Shown piece after piece: positions 1 to 13,323 of a DNA stretch of 64,000 bases. The stretch comes from Octopus sinensis (Eukaryota), in the NCBI RefSeq assembly GCF_006345805.1, contig NC_043009.1:49228001-49292000 (forward strand). Reading direction: 5' to 3'. The notes beneath the pieces were generated by a model, which ran no database searches, had not been told where the DNA came from, and worked only from the letters and a program-made list of their open reading frames with translations. Position 1 is the first letter of the stretch. Each line of letters opens with the position of its first letter. The position numbers were made by a program, and so were the translations under genes.

Positions 1-40
<40 letters not shown>

Positions 41-41
41 G

Positions 42-100
<59 letters not shown>

Positions 101-111
101 TATATAGATAT

Positions 112-158
<47 letters not shown>

Positions 159-170
159 CATATACATACA
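1..170. repeat. (AT)n/(ATAC)n compound microsatellite
   Basis: Direct TA and CATATA repeats. Confidence 0.95.
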
Positions 171-783
171 TACACAGAAAGCCGGATACACAATCAGATA
201 TATTTCATGTAAGCATATTTTTTTTTTAAATGAAAATCTTCGAGAGCTTCAAGAGGAAAATACAAACCAGATGTGAATTAAGTTACGACGGTGTTTCCTT
301 TCTGTATTTGTGTAGATCAGATCTTTAATTTAGAATATAAACTGATCTATTTATTTAGATCTCTTATGCTATGGTTGCAAGTTTTGCCTCCCCCACCCCA
401 CCCCCACCCGTCTTTTTTTGGGGGGGGTTTTGTTGTTTTTTAGTTTGTATTATTTGTCTCTCTTTTTTCTTTCAGCTGCTCTCGTTGGCTAACATTTTTT
501 TTTTCCTTGGTCATATTTTTTTTTTCTGGCAACACGAGAAGCACTTGTGGTTTGTGTGTGTGTGTGTGTGTGGTTGTGTGTGTGTGTGTGTGTGCGTGTG
601 AGTGTGTGTGTGTTTATGTGTTTGTCATGTATGTGTGATGTATGTGCATTTGTGTACGACTGTGTTTTCGACAAATATATGATATGCATATATATATATA
701 TTGTATATTTATATGCATATATATATACACACATATATATATACATATGAAATTATATATTATATATATATATATAAAATTAC

Positions 784-814
<31 letters not shown>

Positions 815-1230
815 GTATGTATAATACATTAATACATTTATATATATATATATTTATATATCATATCTGGGTGGGTCGGGGGTGAAATAAATCATACTTA
901 GTGGCCGAATGTTTCGGTCTCTCGGACCTGTCAAACGATTAATAAATTTTAACAGTTTTCTTGAATTAAACTTCCCGAAAGTGCATATGCGGTTAATCAT
1001 TGTAAGATCATGATTTATTTAGAAATAAGGAGTTTCTAAAATAAACGGATATTTTTTTGTAAATACACAGATATGCAGATATCAGAGCTCGTTGGGGGAA
1101 TATAAATTGACATAACATGCGATCATAGCGGACAGATTGTAAATGAAACGAGGTAACTGAAGGAATACGATTAGTTTTGTTTTCCATTGATATCAATCAA
1201 TCTGTCTATTGCAAATACACACACACACAC

Positions 1231-1342
<112 letters not shown>

Positions 1343-1527
1343 TATATATAGGAGCAGGCGTGGCTGTGTGGTAAGAGCTTGCTTCCCAACCATGTCGTTC
1401 CGGGTTCTGTCGCACTGCGTGGCACCCTGGGCAAGTATCTTCTACTATAGCCTCGGGCTGACCAAAGCCTTGTCAGTGAATTTGTTAGGCAGAAACCGAA
1501 AGAAGCTTGTTGTATATATATATATTT

Positions 1528-1727
1528 CAAAATGTGACCGCGTGTGTACCGTTAGCGATTTTTTTCCCTCCGTCTTCATTTCTTTGGGTCTTTCCTTTTC
1601 CTATGTTTCTGACGAAGAGCTCCGCTCGAAACGTTAAACCCTCCTTCTTTCGTGAGCGTCCAAAAATACTATACTTGTTCCATGTCCTCGCGTTGCTGTG
1701 TTTTCTCTTTGTGTTTTCATGTTTGGA

Positions 1728-1735
<8 letters not shown>
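1528..1735 (+). mobile_element. Penelope-like element tail fragment flanked by (TA)n
   Basis: Carries a hammerhead motif and a T-rich tail, with TA repeats on both sides. Related to 20900-21118. Confidence 0.6.
1605..1639 (+). ncRNA. Minimal type I hammerhead ribozyme
   Basis: GTTT-CTGACGA-A-GAGC-TCC-GCTC-GAAACGT-T-AAAC. Intact CUGANGA/GAAA core, stem II GAGC/GCTC, palindromic stem III ACGT, stem I GTTT/AAAC. Confidence 0.75.
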
Positions 1736-1812
<77 letters not shown>

Positions 1813-2107
1813 GGGGGGGATCTATACATATGTGTGTATCCTTTTTTGTCTGTATTTGTTCCCCCCCCCCTCATCACCGCTTGACAACCGGTGTTGATTT
1901 GTCTACGTTCCCGTAACCTTGGGGATTGGCAAAAGAAACCGATAGAATAAGTATTAGGCTTTAAAAAAATAAGTTCTGGAGTCAGTTTGTTCGACAAAAT
2001 CCCTTCAAAGCAATCCAGCATGGCCGCAGTCAATTGACTGAAAGAAGCAAAAGAATAGATGAATAAAAGAATACATTTATATACATACGTTTATGTATGT
2101 ATGTACG

Positions 2108-2672
2108 TACGAGATCTGATCAATAAGTATCCGGACTGTTGCCTTAGTAACGAAGCTAAAGCAAGCAGAGTAAAGCTGCTTGGCACAGATTGACTTTGGA
2201 CTTCGCAGTGCATGCGCACTAAGTTTAACTTCTACCTCACTTCCACTGTTTATAGCAGTGCTTGGAAGGAGCGCGTGTAGCGTGTGAACGGCACATTGAC
2301 CATGACAGAGAAAGTTGTTGTGGCGACACTTGCTCAGAGGGGTGTACGAGTGGTTCAGACGTTTCCAAGATGCTGATAGGGTCGAACGCTCTGGGAGACC
2401 CATAACCAGCAGAACTGAGAAAAAACATTGCAGATGTGCGTGCAGTTGTGAGGGGAAATCGTCGAATCACCATCCGTGAGTTGCCAGAGCATGTGAAGAT
2501 TAGTTACGGTTCAGTTCTGTCCATTAACACTGGAGACTGAGGTATGAGACACGTATCTGCCAAGTTTTTTTGCCAGAACTGCTTTCAGCTGACCAAAACG
2601 ACACTCGGATTTCAGTTGCACAAGATCTCCTTGATTGTGTCGAGAACGATGAAAACATTTTGAAAACTTTGC
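2108..2672 (+). pseudogene. Mariner transposon 5' part with decayed transposase
   Basis: TA followed by TIR-like CGAGATCTGATCAATAAGTATCCGGAC. Frameshifted peptides: MTEKV, VYEWFRRFQD, ERSGRP, VRAVVRGNRRITIREL, LLSADQNDTRISVAQDLLDCVENDENILKTL. Confidence 0.85.
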
Positions 2673-2746
2673 GTAGATCTCTGAGCAGGTATCGCCAAGT
2701 CTTTGGCAAAATTTGATGCAGATTTTCTGCTCAACAGATTTTCTGC
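2673..2746 (-). pseudogene. Inverted mariner transposase N-terminal fragment
   Basis: Minus strand reads RKSVEQKICIKFCQRLGDTCSEIY, a mariner N-terminal motif. It overlaps the GDTCSE remnant in the forward copy. Confidence 0.75.
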
Positions 2747-2821
2747 ACATACATACATATATACATGCATACATACGTACATACATACACACATACATAC
2801 ACACATACATACACATACATA

Positions 2822-3985
2822 CATTATGGCTGCCCCCTCGTTATCGAGTATGGCCATTGCACGAAGCTTAACTGTTACTGGTGCTGTGATTGAATGTGAC
2901 TTTTTAGCCCAGCTAGAGATCTACAATGTCTTGTACAAAATTAGCAACTAAAACCTTTACCGGTAATAGCTGACTGTAGTTGTAACTGGGCTTCATGTAC
3001 CTTTGCATGTCGTTTAAGTCCTCCTGCCGAATTACACTCTCTTCCACATGCCCGACAGATATGATTAGTATGGTGTGTTACACCGCCACCAGTGACCAGG
3101 TTGTCACTCATCTGTCTCGTTTTATGACTACGAAGATGACTCTTGAGTCCAGCTTTACTGAGGCAGGGTCTTGCACAGACATTGCATGTCAGCATCAAAG
3201 GAAGACCCTTCCCTTCTTGTATGTATGCCCTTCCTGACATCCCTCCTTACTTTCTCATGTGCAACTCGAGATTTCTCAAAAGTGGCTGTCCCCTCATGCA
3301 CAATCCTTCTCCACCTGCTACGATCAATAGCTATGCCTTCCCATGTGTCAGGAGAGATGCAAGCATCTGTTAAGTAAGCCTTCAGCAAGTCCTTATACCT
3401 CTTTTTTGGTTTATGTGGAGGTCGTTTTCCTTTAGCTAACTCTCCATAAAAGAGTTGTTTTGGCATCCTTAAATCCTTCATTCTGACCAGATGACCACTC
3501 CATCTGAGCCTTTGCTTTAACACAAGAGCTTCTATACTTTCACACCGAGAGCCTTACAATATTTCAAGATCACTGATGCGGTACTTCCACTTAATGCCAT
3601 AGATCCGTCTGAGGCACATCTGATGGAAACGTTCCAGTTGTTTAAGGTGGTATCGATATGTAACCCACGTCTCGCAAGCATAGAGAAGAGAAGGGAGCAC
3701 ACATGCCTTGTACATCTTTATCTTTGTCTTTCTGCATATGTCTCGCCGACTCCAGAGGCGCTTTTCTAGCCTTCCGAAAGCAACACTTGCTTTCCTAATT
3801 CTATATGGAATTTCATCATCCACATTGCCATATCTATTAATAGTGCTTCCCAGGTAGACAAACTGATCAACTACATCAAGTCGTTTACCATACACATAGA
3901 TATTTGGTACACTATACTGCTTACCAGGGGCAGATTGATGCATGACAACAGTTTTCTTGAGATTGACTGTCAATCCTAAGGCAGT
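2822..3985 (-). mobile_element. RTE-clade LINE, 5'-truncated: post-RT region plus three C-terminal C2H2 fingers
   Basis: Peptides LTVNLKKTVVM, FVYLGSTI, LLYACETW, LERFHQMCLRRI, LRWSGHLVRM, MPKQLFYGEL. Fingers CNVC..H..H, CRAC..H..H and C*FC..H..H. 3' end GGCCATACTCG...CGAGGGG, then a (TATG)n tail. Confidence 0.92.
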
Positions 3986-4442
3986 GCACACACACACTGA
4001 TACACACTCAAAATGTGTTGCATATCAATCTGTGTGTGTGCTACTAGCTCACAATCATCTGCATACAAAAGGTCCCTTTATGATAGAGGTAAATACCTTT
4101 GTTTTTGCAGCAAGGCGCCTGATATTAAATATGCTGCCAGAGGTTCGATAATGGACGCAAACACCGTATCTGCAGTTCTCTGCAATAATAAAGCTACATA
4201 ATACATAATACATACATACATACATACATACATACATACATACATACATACATACATACAACAGTTGGTATCCGGAGATTCTCAGTATGAAAAACACGCT
4301 CAAAAGATTCAAACTTAGATTCCGATGTCTTTACTGGGGATCCATTCCACGGGCAAAAGAATGGCTATAGTACTTTGCATTAGTTGGATCTAATAATGTA
4401 AATATCTATATATATACATACGTATAAATAGATTTATATGTA

Positions 4443-4550
4443 AATAACAAGTTGAAAAACTCATTTGAATATAAAAAGTAGAAGGCTGCCAATGGAGCCC
4501 ATGGGCAACTTTCGATTTTTTTCTGTCCAAAAGAGTTTTCCAACCTAATA
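4443..4550. mobile_element. Short mariner-type MITE, degenerate
   Basis: Right end TTTTCCAACCTAATA is a mariner-like TIR. The left copy AAGTTGAAAAACTCATTTG is only about 70% similar. Confidence 0.4.
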
Positions 4551-4606
4551 GTCGCATGCTATTACTTTCAAAACCAATAAACAAAAAATTATCTATCTAC
4601 TCATTT

Positions 4607-4617
4607 ACGAGATAGAT

Positions 4618-4688
<71 letters not shown>

Positions 4689-4722
4689 TATGATAGACAG
4701 ACAGACAGACAGACAGATAGGC

Positions 4723-4789
<67 letters not shown>

Positions 4790-4850
4790 CGGACAGACAG
4801 ATTGACTTATTGATAAATTGACTGATTGATTGATTGATTGGTCAATTGAT
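4607..4850. repeat. (GATA)n/(GACA)n/(GATT)n microsatellite
   Basis: Direct tetranucleotide repeats. Confidence 0.95.
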
Positions 4851-4893
4851 TGATATGCTCCAAGAGCTTTATTGAATGTATACACACACAAAC

Positions 4894-4967
<74 letters not shown>

Positions 4968-5385
4968 GCCAGTGTATTTATAGAAAACTATGGCAATAGC
5001 AGTGTAGTTGGAACATTTAAAATCAATAATAACAATGAAAGAATTGTTGAAATATTACCTTCGAAAATTTAGTCCTGATATTTCTGTCAAAATATCTCTT
5101 TCAAAAACGTTAGCAGATCAAGAATGAATGACCAGCCACATGTATTACTGGTTTATATTTATATTTCTATGGTCAAGTGAGATGATTGACCTCAGCACAT
5201 GCCTTGTACTTGTTATGTCCATACCGGAGTAACAACAAGCAATCTTGACTCTTGTGGGATTTGAAAAGAGAACGTGCATGTGCCGGACTATTTAATGCCT
5301 AGGCATCCAAACTGGAAATCCTCCACTTCCGTCCACTATATACCGAATTAACTATGTTCTCTTGCCCTCTGTCTCTGTCTGTCTG

Positions 5386-5436
<51 letters not shown>

Positions 5437-5794
5437 ATAGGCACAGATACATATTCACACAGATACAATCATTTATACATACATACCGATTCTCCACTAG
5501 ACCGCACCCGACACCAACCTTCATATTAACACCTACGGCTCAGTCGCTAACCAAATAGAAGCACCCACTCAATCGGCCAGTCTGCTAGAAAAAACAGCCA
5601 GATCTCCCTTACATACTACCGTCACGCACTAAGTCTTGGAATGGACGCACTCGATAATATAGTCCTCTATAGCGAGAAACTGTGTAGATAAGAGCTTCTC
5701 AAAGCGGATGATATCGCCCCTGAGACGGTAGAACATTTATTTTATGAGTACTAGTGTCAAACAGGGCGGTAAGAAGAGCGACGGATGAATTCGT

Positions 5795-6050
5795 GCAATT
5801 TTTGCTTCCTATTTAAATATTGGTTTCAAACTTTGGCACAAGGCCAGCAATTTCGGGGGTAGGGAGTAAGTTGATTACAGCAACCCCAGTGTTCAACTGG
5901 TACTTATTTCATAGACCCCCCCTCCCCGAAAGAATAAAAGGCAAAGTCGACCTCTACAGAATTTGAACACAGAACGTAGCGACGGACGAAATGCCCAAAT
6001 GCCGTTAAGCATTTTTTCCGGTGTGTTAACGATTCTGCTTGTTTCCTATT
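5795..6050 (-). mobile_element. tRNA-derived SINE family B
   Basis: Reverse complement contains the B-box GAGTTCAAAT and the central GTCGACTTTGCCTTT..TTTCGGGG..AAGTACCAG domain. Confidence 0.8.
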
Positions 6051-6399
6051 TAAATATCAACTTCAAAATAATTTAAATGTAAGATTATCATAAATAACAA
6101 CGCCATTATAAGCAATAATAGCAGGCTTCTAAAAGTGACTAAATAAATAAGCAAAGCTGAATATATACCACGTGTGCATGTCAATTATAAACAATAAACT
6201 AAAGTATAACGTAAAAGATATTGTCAAAATTGGTTGGTATTTTCATACATCAAATAAAGTCAACCAATGCACCTGTAGTGTTAAGTAATTTTCTAACTTT
6301 TGCCTGTGTAATATACATGCATACAAATAAGCTTGATTTTATTGATTCTAGCTACGAATGTTAGAGCTGTTCTTCTCATAATCCACCCATTGTTTAAAC

Positions 6400-6654
6400 T
6401 AGTAGTTCTCAACCGGAGTCCATATAAGCTTTGGGGAGTCCATATAAAATTTTATTGTTAAGATTTATGAGCAATAACTTGGTTATACTTCTGGAAAACA
6501 CAAAATATTTAAAGAATTTTTTATACAATTCCTTATAATATTTCATTCAAAAAATATAAGAATTTTTAAACATTGAATGGCTATGAGGGTCCACCCGAGT
6601 AAAATAAGAATCAAAGAGTTCCATAGGCGAAAAGAAAAGGGTTGAAAAACACTG
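6400..6654. mobile_element. hAT-type MITE
   Basis: TIRs TAGTAGTTCTCAACC / GGTTGAAAAACACTG. Flanks GTTTAAAC / GTATATAC match at 6 of 8 positions, consistent with an 8-bp TSD. Confidence 0.7.
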
Positions 6655-6839
6655 GTATATACTGATGTGTGTAAATATGTTCATCGGGGAGAGCAAACAA
6701 AGTAAGCATGTATGGAAACAGAAAATACAGCTTTTAATTGGAATATGTATAAAGATGTTTCAACTGGTAGCTACGAAGGTATACTTGCCTGAGTTTGGCT
6801 GGATTCTGCTAGCTCACCGTCTTAGATTTAATTAATAAT

Positions 6840-7860
6840 TCTTTCTGCTGTCGGCACAAGGCCTGAGAATTTGGGAGAAGGTCTAGTCGATTACATCGAC
6901 CCCAGTGCGCAAGCGGTACTTATACCTATTTCTTTACTACCCACAAGGGGCTAAACACAGAGAGGACAAACAAGGACAAACGGATTAAGTCGATTATATC
7001 GACCCCAGTGCGTAACTGGTACTTATTTAATCGACCCCGAAAGGTTGAAAGGCAAAGTCGACGTCGGCAGAATTTGAACTCAGAACGTAAAGGAGGCCGT
7101 CCAGTGTGCTAACGAATCTGTCAGCTCGCCGCCTTGTAGCTAATTAACCCTTTTTTTATTATAGGCACATGGCTTGAAATTTGGGTGAAGGAGATAGTCA
7201 TGTACATCGACCCCAGTGTTTCACTGGTATTTAATTTATCGGCCACGAAGGGATGAAAGACAAAGACGATCTCAGTGGAATTTGAACTCAGAACATACCG
7301 GCAGACGAAATAGCGTTAAGCATTTTGTCCGGCGTGCTAACAATTCTGCCAGCTCGCCGCCTTTTGTCGCTAATTAATAATCTTTTCTATTATAGGCACA
7401 AGGCCTGAAATTTGGGGGAGGGGACTAGTCGATTACATCGACCCAGTACTCAACTGGTTCTTAATTTATCGACTCCGAAAGTATAAAAGGTAAAGTCGAC
7501 CTCAGTGGAATTTGAACTCAGAACGTAGCGATGGGCGAAATAACGTTAAGCATTTCGCCCGATGTGCTAACCATTCAGCCACTTACCGTCTTTTGTGGCT
7601 AATTAATAATATATTTCTTTACTACCCACAAGGGGGTAAACACAGAGGGGACAAACAAGGACAAACAAACGGATTAAGTCGATTACATCGACCCCAGTGC
7701 GTAACTGGTACTTAATTTATCGACCCCTAAAGGATGAAAGGTAAAGTCGACCTCAGCAGAATTTGAACTCAGAACGTAGCGATGGGCGAATTAACGCTAA
7801 GCATTTCGCCCGACGTGCTAACCATTCAGCCACTCGCCGTCTTTTGTGGTTAATTAATAA
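6840..7860 (-). mobile_element. Head-to-tail array of about 5 SINE family B copies
   Basis: Repeated ATCGACCCCAGTG...GGTAC, GGCAAAGTCGAC and AATTTGAACTCAGAAC blocks with two alternative tail types. Confidence 0.85.
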
Positions 7861-7861
7861 T

Positions 7862-8230
7862 AACAAGTGCACTCAGAGAGCGCAAACCTCCGCCAAGGCA
7901 ACACTAACGTCCGCTCAACGATTAGCCAAGGATGATTTTTGAAATGAGAATATCTGAAATAGACTCAACAGCTCTCACAAACTAGAATACTAACAATCAA
8001 CCGAACCGCTCTCAAAACTTAAGTAAAACCAAAAGGAAAAGTAATCCAGAATCTTTGTCCGGTAACGAATCGATCCTAAAATCTAATCAATTCGTGCTAG
8101 TCACGAGGTCAATTATCACTGAAAGTTTCATTCGAATCTATTCAGCGGTTCTTGAGATATCTTGAACACGGACAACCAAACACACACGACTGAAAACAAT
8201 ATGTCTGCCTTCGCTAAGGTGGAGGTAATA
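7862..8230 (-). mobile_element. Helentron/DINE-1-like non-autonomous element
   Basis: Minus strand starts ATTACCTCCACCTTAGCGAAGGC and ends GCCTTGGCGGAGGTTTGCGCTCTCTGAGTGCACTTGTT (sub-terminal inverted repeat plus terminal stem-loop). A GT-rich core lies near the 5' end. Confidence 0.6.
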
Positions 8231-8261
8231 ACAGAAACAGCTTGATACACTCACATATCTA

Positions 8262-8654
8262 TCTTTTATCTTTTATCTTTTACTTGTTTCAGTCATTTGA
8301 CTGCGGCCATGCTGGAGCACCGCCTTTAGTCGAGCAACTCGACCCCGGGACTTATTCTTTGTAAGCCCAGTACTTATTCTATCGGTCTCTTTTGCCGAAC
8401 CGCTAAGTGACGGCAACGTAAACACACCAGCATCGGTTGTCAAGCAATGCCAGGGGGGACAAATACACACATATATATATACCTATATACGACAGGCTTC
8501 TTTCAGTTTCCGTCTACCAAATCCACTCACAAGACATTGGTTGGCCCGAGGCTATAGCAGAAGACACTTGCCCAAGATGCCATGCAGTGGGACTGAACCC
8601 AGAACCATGTGGTTGGTAAGCAATTTACTTACCACACAGCCACTCCTGCGCCTA
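8262..8654 (-). mobile_element. Full-length SINE family A
   Basis: Head GGCGCAGGAGTGGCTGTGTGGTAAG at 8652, CORE-like CTTGGGCAAGTGTC, and an AAAGATAAAAG tail. Confidence 0.9.
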
Positions 8655-9042
8655 TGTGATGGTTTCGTAAATATGATCTTTTAGAGGTTTCGGCTAATGA
8701 CAATTCTTACCAAAGCATGAAACACCAACATACACACATACATACATACATACATACATACATACATACATACACACATACATATACACATATATATATA
8801 CGTACGTGCATACACACACACACATACACATGCGCACGTATATAGCTATTTGCATGTGAATATTTTTGAACTTTTCTAAAATTGGAAGTTCCAAATAATG
8901 ATACATACAGACACACGTATATACGCATACACACAGAGACACAGATACACACACACATATTCATACACACACACACGATCACATACATATGCATTTACAT
9001 ATATACATACATACATACATATGTATATATATATATATATAC

Positions 9043-9090
<48 letters not shown>

Positions 9091-9096
9091 TATATC

Positions 9097-9131
<35 letters not shown>

Positions 9132-9646
9132 ATATGTATATATAGTTATCCGTATAATGAAGGGTGAAATAATTAATTTGGAATAATTATCAATTACACC
9201 AAGTAGTCTTCGGCATGTAAAGCATCATTCGGCATGTAAATTTTCCTATTAAATTTTCCTATTACTAAATACTTTATGCTTAGTGTTGCTAAACCCTTTA
9301 TGCTTAGTATTACTTATATGATATCTATATATAATATATATATAAGCAACGCATGCACATACACGCAGACACATGCAAACACATGCTTACATTCATACAT
9401 ATACACACTCAAACACACACACACATACATACATACATACATGCATGCAAACATGCACACATATATACATACATATGTACACAATACCATTTCAAATAAC
9501 CAGAATTCTATTCAAAGACAGACAAAGCAGCAAGAACTTCCAGCTGTATATTATGGATTCCGTGTCGGAATCTGTTGAAATTTCAGCTGCTAAGTAAGTT
9601 TTTTTCATCATCTTATAACACATGCTATATAAAACATATGCACATA

Positions 9647-9727
<81 letters not shown>

Positions 9728-9916
9728 TTATATATATATATATATATACATACATACATACATACATACATACATACATACATGTATACACATGCATAAT
9801 ATACGCATATGTATACGTATATATACACACACTCACTCTGTCTTTCTCTGTTACTCTGTTTATATCTCTCTTCCTCCCTCTGTCTCTCTCTGCCTGTCTC
9901 TGTCTCTGTCTATCTG

Positions 9917-9947
<31 letters not shown>

Positions 9948-9960
9948 TTCCCGCTCCCTC

Positions 9961-9994
<34 letters not shown>

Positions 9995-10153
9995 ACTCGC
10001 TCTCTCTCTCTGGAAAGATAATATTTAAACTGGGTTAAGTCAAGTAGAAAGTTGTTGATCTAGTACTTTCTAACTTGTTCAACATCTTTATCTTAGACAG
10101 CAACGGTTTGCTTATTATCATTATTATTATTATCATCATTACTATTATTACTA

Positions 10154-10239
<86 letters not shown>

Positions 10240-10976
10240 TATTATTATTATTAAAGGGAGTGGATGGACCTCGCACCATTAGCAGTATGTGTTGCGAGAG
10301 AAAGACAAACAGACGTACAGACAGATAGACAGATACATAGACAGACAGACAGACAGACAGGCAGAGAGACGTACAGGCTGACAGACGTACAGGCTGACAG
10401 ACAGACAGACAGAGGCAATTGCTGGTTGTTCGTTTGTTCGCTAATTCAACAAAACGTAAGGTAAAAAGTTTGTTATCATAATTTACCTAACTGTTACTTA
10501 CAAAACAGTAAATTTCAAATGGATGGATTTCGTGGTGGCGGTGGTGGTGTTTGTAGTGTTGCTGGTGGTGGTGGTGGTAGTGGTGTTGGTGGTGGTATTA
10601 GGGTCTAGAATTTATTGCTATTCTTGTATGTTATGTTGAGTTTTCTTTATTTTTTCTGATTTTTTTTTTCAGTTTTGTCTTCCATTTTTGTTTCTTTGTG
10701 TTGTTATTTTGGGGGTATTTTTCGGGGTGGAGTTCTTTTTAAGTGAGACGGAAAGAAAACTGAAGGTTTGGAAGGGGGTCCTTTTTTTCTCTCTCTTTTT
10801 CTCTATATGTGCCTGTGTGTTTGTATGTGTATTCGTGATGTATGTATGTATGTATGTGTTGTGTGTGTAAATGTGCATGCTGTGTGTGTAAGTATGTTTG
10901 ACTGAGTGTGACATTGTATGTATTTGTGCGTCTATGTGTGTGTGTGTGTGTGTGGCTGAGTGTTTGTGCACATCTG

Positions 10977-11041
<65 letters not shown>

Positions 11042-11250
11042 TTGTGTGTGTGTGTGTGTGTGTGTAATTTTGGCAAGGAATGGTGAGATGTATTGTTTGA
11101 AAATTTTGAATCTTCAAAATTGACAACTGAAACCAAACATTGCATCAACTGTCTGCAGTTTGGCATGTCTCAGACATTCTTTACAGTGCATTCCAGAAAA
11201 AATGGGGAAGATAAATAAGAGAAGAGAAAGAGGGAGAAAAATTGAATGAC

Positions 11251-11294
<44 letters not shown>

Positions 11295-11638
11295 AATACG
11301 TTGTCTTTTATTTTTCTTGCTCTAAGATTTAAGGCAAAATAAATATGTTAAGAAAATATTCGGTTCTCTAGTTTTACGTTTGTGTGTGTGTCTGTGTGTG
11401 TATGTGCGTGCGTGTGCGCGCGAGTAAGTGTGTGTGTGTGCCTGCGTTTACGCGCGAGTGAGGGTGTGTGTGTGCGCGCGCGTGTGAGTGTGTGTGTGTG
11501 TATACAGAAACATATATGTGTATAATATATCTATCTATATATAGGGAGAGAGAGAGGGGAGGCAGAGGGTGACAGTCAATGAGATAGACAGACACACACG
11601 TACACTGATACACAGACATCATGACAGACAGGCTGTCA

Positions 11639-11639
11639 A

Positions 11640-11718
<79 letters not shown>

Positions 11719-11737
11719 AACTGACAGACAGGCAGAC

Positions 11738-11799
<62 letters not shown>

Positions 11800-11825
11800 C
11801 CAAATTGATAGACAGACAGACAGAC

Positions 11826-11887
<62 letters not shown>

Positions 11888-11927
11888 CCAAATTGACAGA
11901 CAGACAGACAGATAGATAGATAGATAG

Positions 11928-11974
<47 letters not shown>
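11639..11974. repeat. (GATA)n/(GACA)n array at the Tx1 3' junction
   Basis: Direct repeats running up to the Tx1 end. Confidence 0.95.
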
Positions 11975-13311
11975 GTTTTTTATTGGCCACACCAGGGCTG
12001 CACACAGATGGGACAAGTTACAAGGTAGAGCTTTTCTTTGGGGGATGAAGAGAACAAAAACAAAAGAAAAAAAAAGGGGTGGCGTAGGTTTTCGATCAAG
12101 AGGGATCGTAAAAGGGAAGAAAAGAACAAAAAAAAAATTGAAATAAAATAAAAGAAATAAAAGAAAAAAAGAAAAGGAAAAGGAACAAAAGGAAAGAGAA
12201 ATGAAAAAAAGAAGAAAAAGGGGAAAAAAAGGGCAAGAGGAAAATAAAACGACTAATAGGGCTCGTGTATCACAGTGTTATGATATATGGTGTAAAGGGG
12301 AAAGCAAGTAAGGTTTATCCGAGGGGAAAAAAGCCTACGAAAAAGACCACGGTAACCTTGGTCAATATTGTTATATGTTACCACATTTGTTTGCAAGTGG
12401 GTAACCCTCTGTTTTCAATTTCTGGGTTCATAGGATTATGCTCAAGGTGGCTTCGTCATTCATACGTGCCATCCTTGCTACATTCACCCATCTTTTTTAA
12501 AACATTCGCTAGACAAAACTTGCCTCTCTACTCTCACTTTCCTTTTCAAGTGGTACTTGAAGAAGTTGATGAGAGATTGACCAGAGAGGAAAGTGTTGTC
12601 TCCAATCCTTTCAGACGCGTCCACCAGATACATTCCTTCGCCATAGCCACAAGGATGATGAAAATAGCTCTTCCTTCCCGTTTGAAGGAAGGAGGGCGTG
12701 ACAATATTGACGATAGACTCAGCTGATAAACGACTCGTTCCACACGTGACAGCAGTTGTTCGACATAAGCCCACAGGTCGGAAATTGTTGGACACTGCAC
12801 GAGTGCGTGCAGAACGGTTTCGTCGCTCTGACCGCATCTCGGGCAGGTCGGCCCCGTGTTTCTCGAACCGTGTCTGTAGAGCTTATCCCGAACGGGTAGC
12901 GCTTCTCGGTAGCACTGCCAGGCCAGGGATCTCTGGAAGTAGTCCCTGGGCCCTGGCCCGAAAGTCGTCCTGAACAGGCGGGTCAGGTACTCCTCGTCGA
13001 CGTCCAGGTTCGCCCCGAGCTCGTCGTCGTACCTCCCCTCCACTAATCCCCTATAGAATGCTTTGGTTGTGTTGAAGTCACTCAAGGTCGACTCGGGACG
13101 GCAGAGTTGCTTGAGAGCAACGCGACACTCGTGGTGCCAATCGCCCTTCCTCGGCCTCTTTTTGATCCATGACTGCAGTTCGGTCATGGAGACGAGCTGC
13201 GGGAAAGCGTGCCTCACAAACGGCGACCACACCTGTTCACCGTCGTCTACATAGAGCCAGAGATGTCGCAGTCTCAGCGCGTGTCTGCGCATCATCAACC
13301 ACGGCATGCCC
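11975..13311 (-). mobile_element. Tx1/L1-clade non-LTR retrotransposon, 5'-truncated ORF2 C-terminus plus 3'UTR
   Basis: GC-rich ORF 12546-13307 with an RT-associated zinc knuckle (CPRCGQSDETVLHALVQC) and a WQCYREALPVRDKL motif. A/T-rich 3'UTR ends in AATAAAAAAA. Confidence 0.9.
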
Positions 13312-13323
13312 AGATAGATAGAT

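Larger units (their letters stand above)
1350..2072 (+). mobile_element. tRNA-derived CORE-like SINE (family A), interrupted by (TA)n and a Penelope-like fragment
   Basis: Head GGCGTGGCTGTGTGGTAAG...GTTCCGGGTTC (A/B-box-like). CORE-like CACCCTGGGCAAGT. The 3' half resumes at ~1830 and ends in an AAAGAAT tail. Same family at 8262, 19503 and 61960. Confidence 0.85.

Noticed and set aside
905-935. Minus-strand hammerhead remnant GGTC-CGAGA-GACC-GAAAC-ATT
   Set aside because: The CUGANGA half has decayed to TTTGACA and there is no stem I. At most a fossil.
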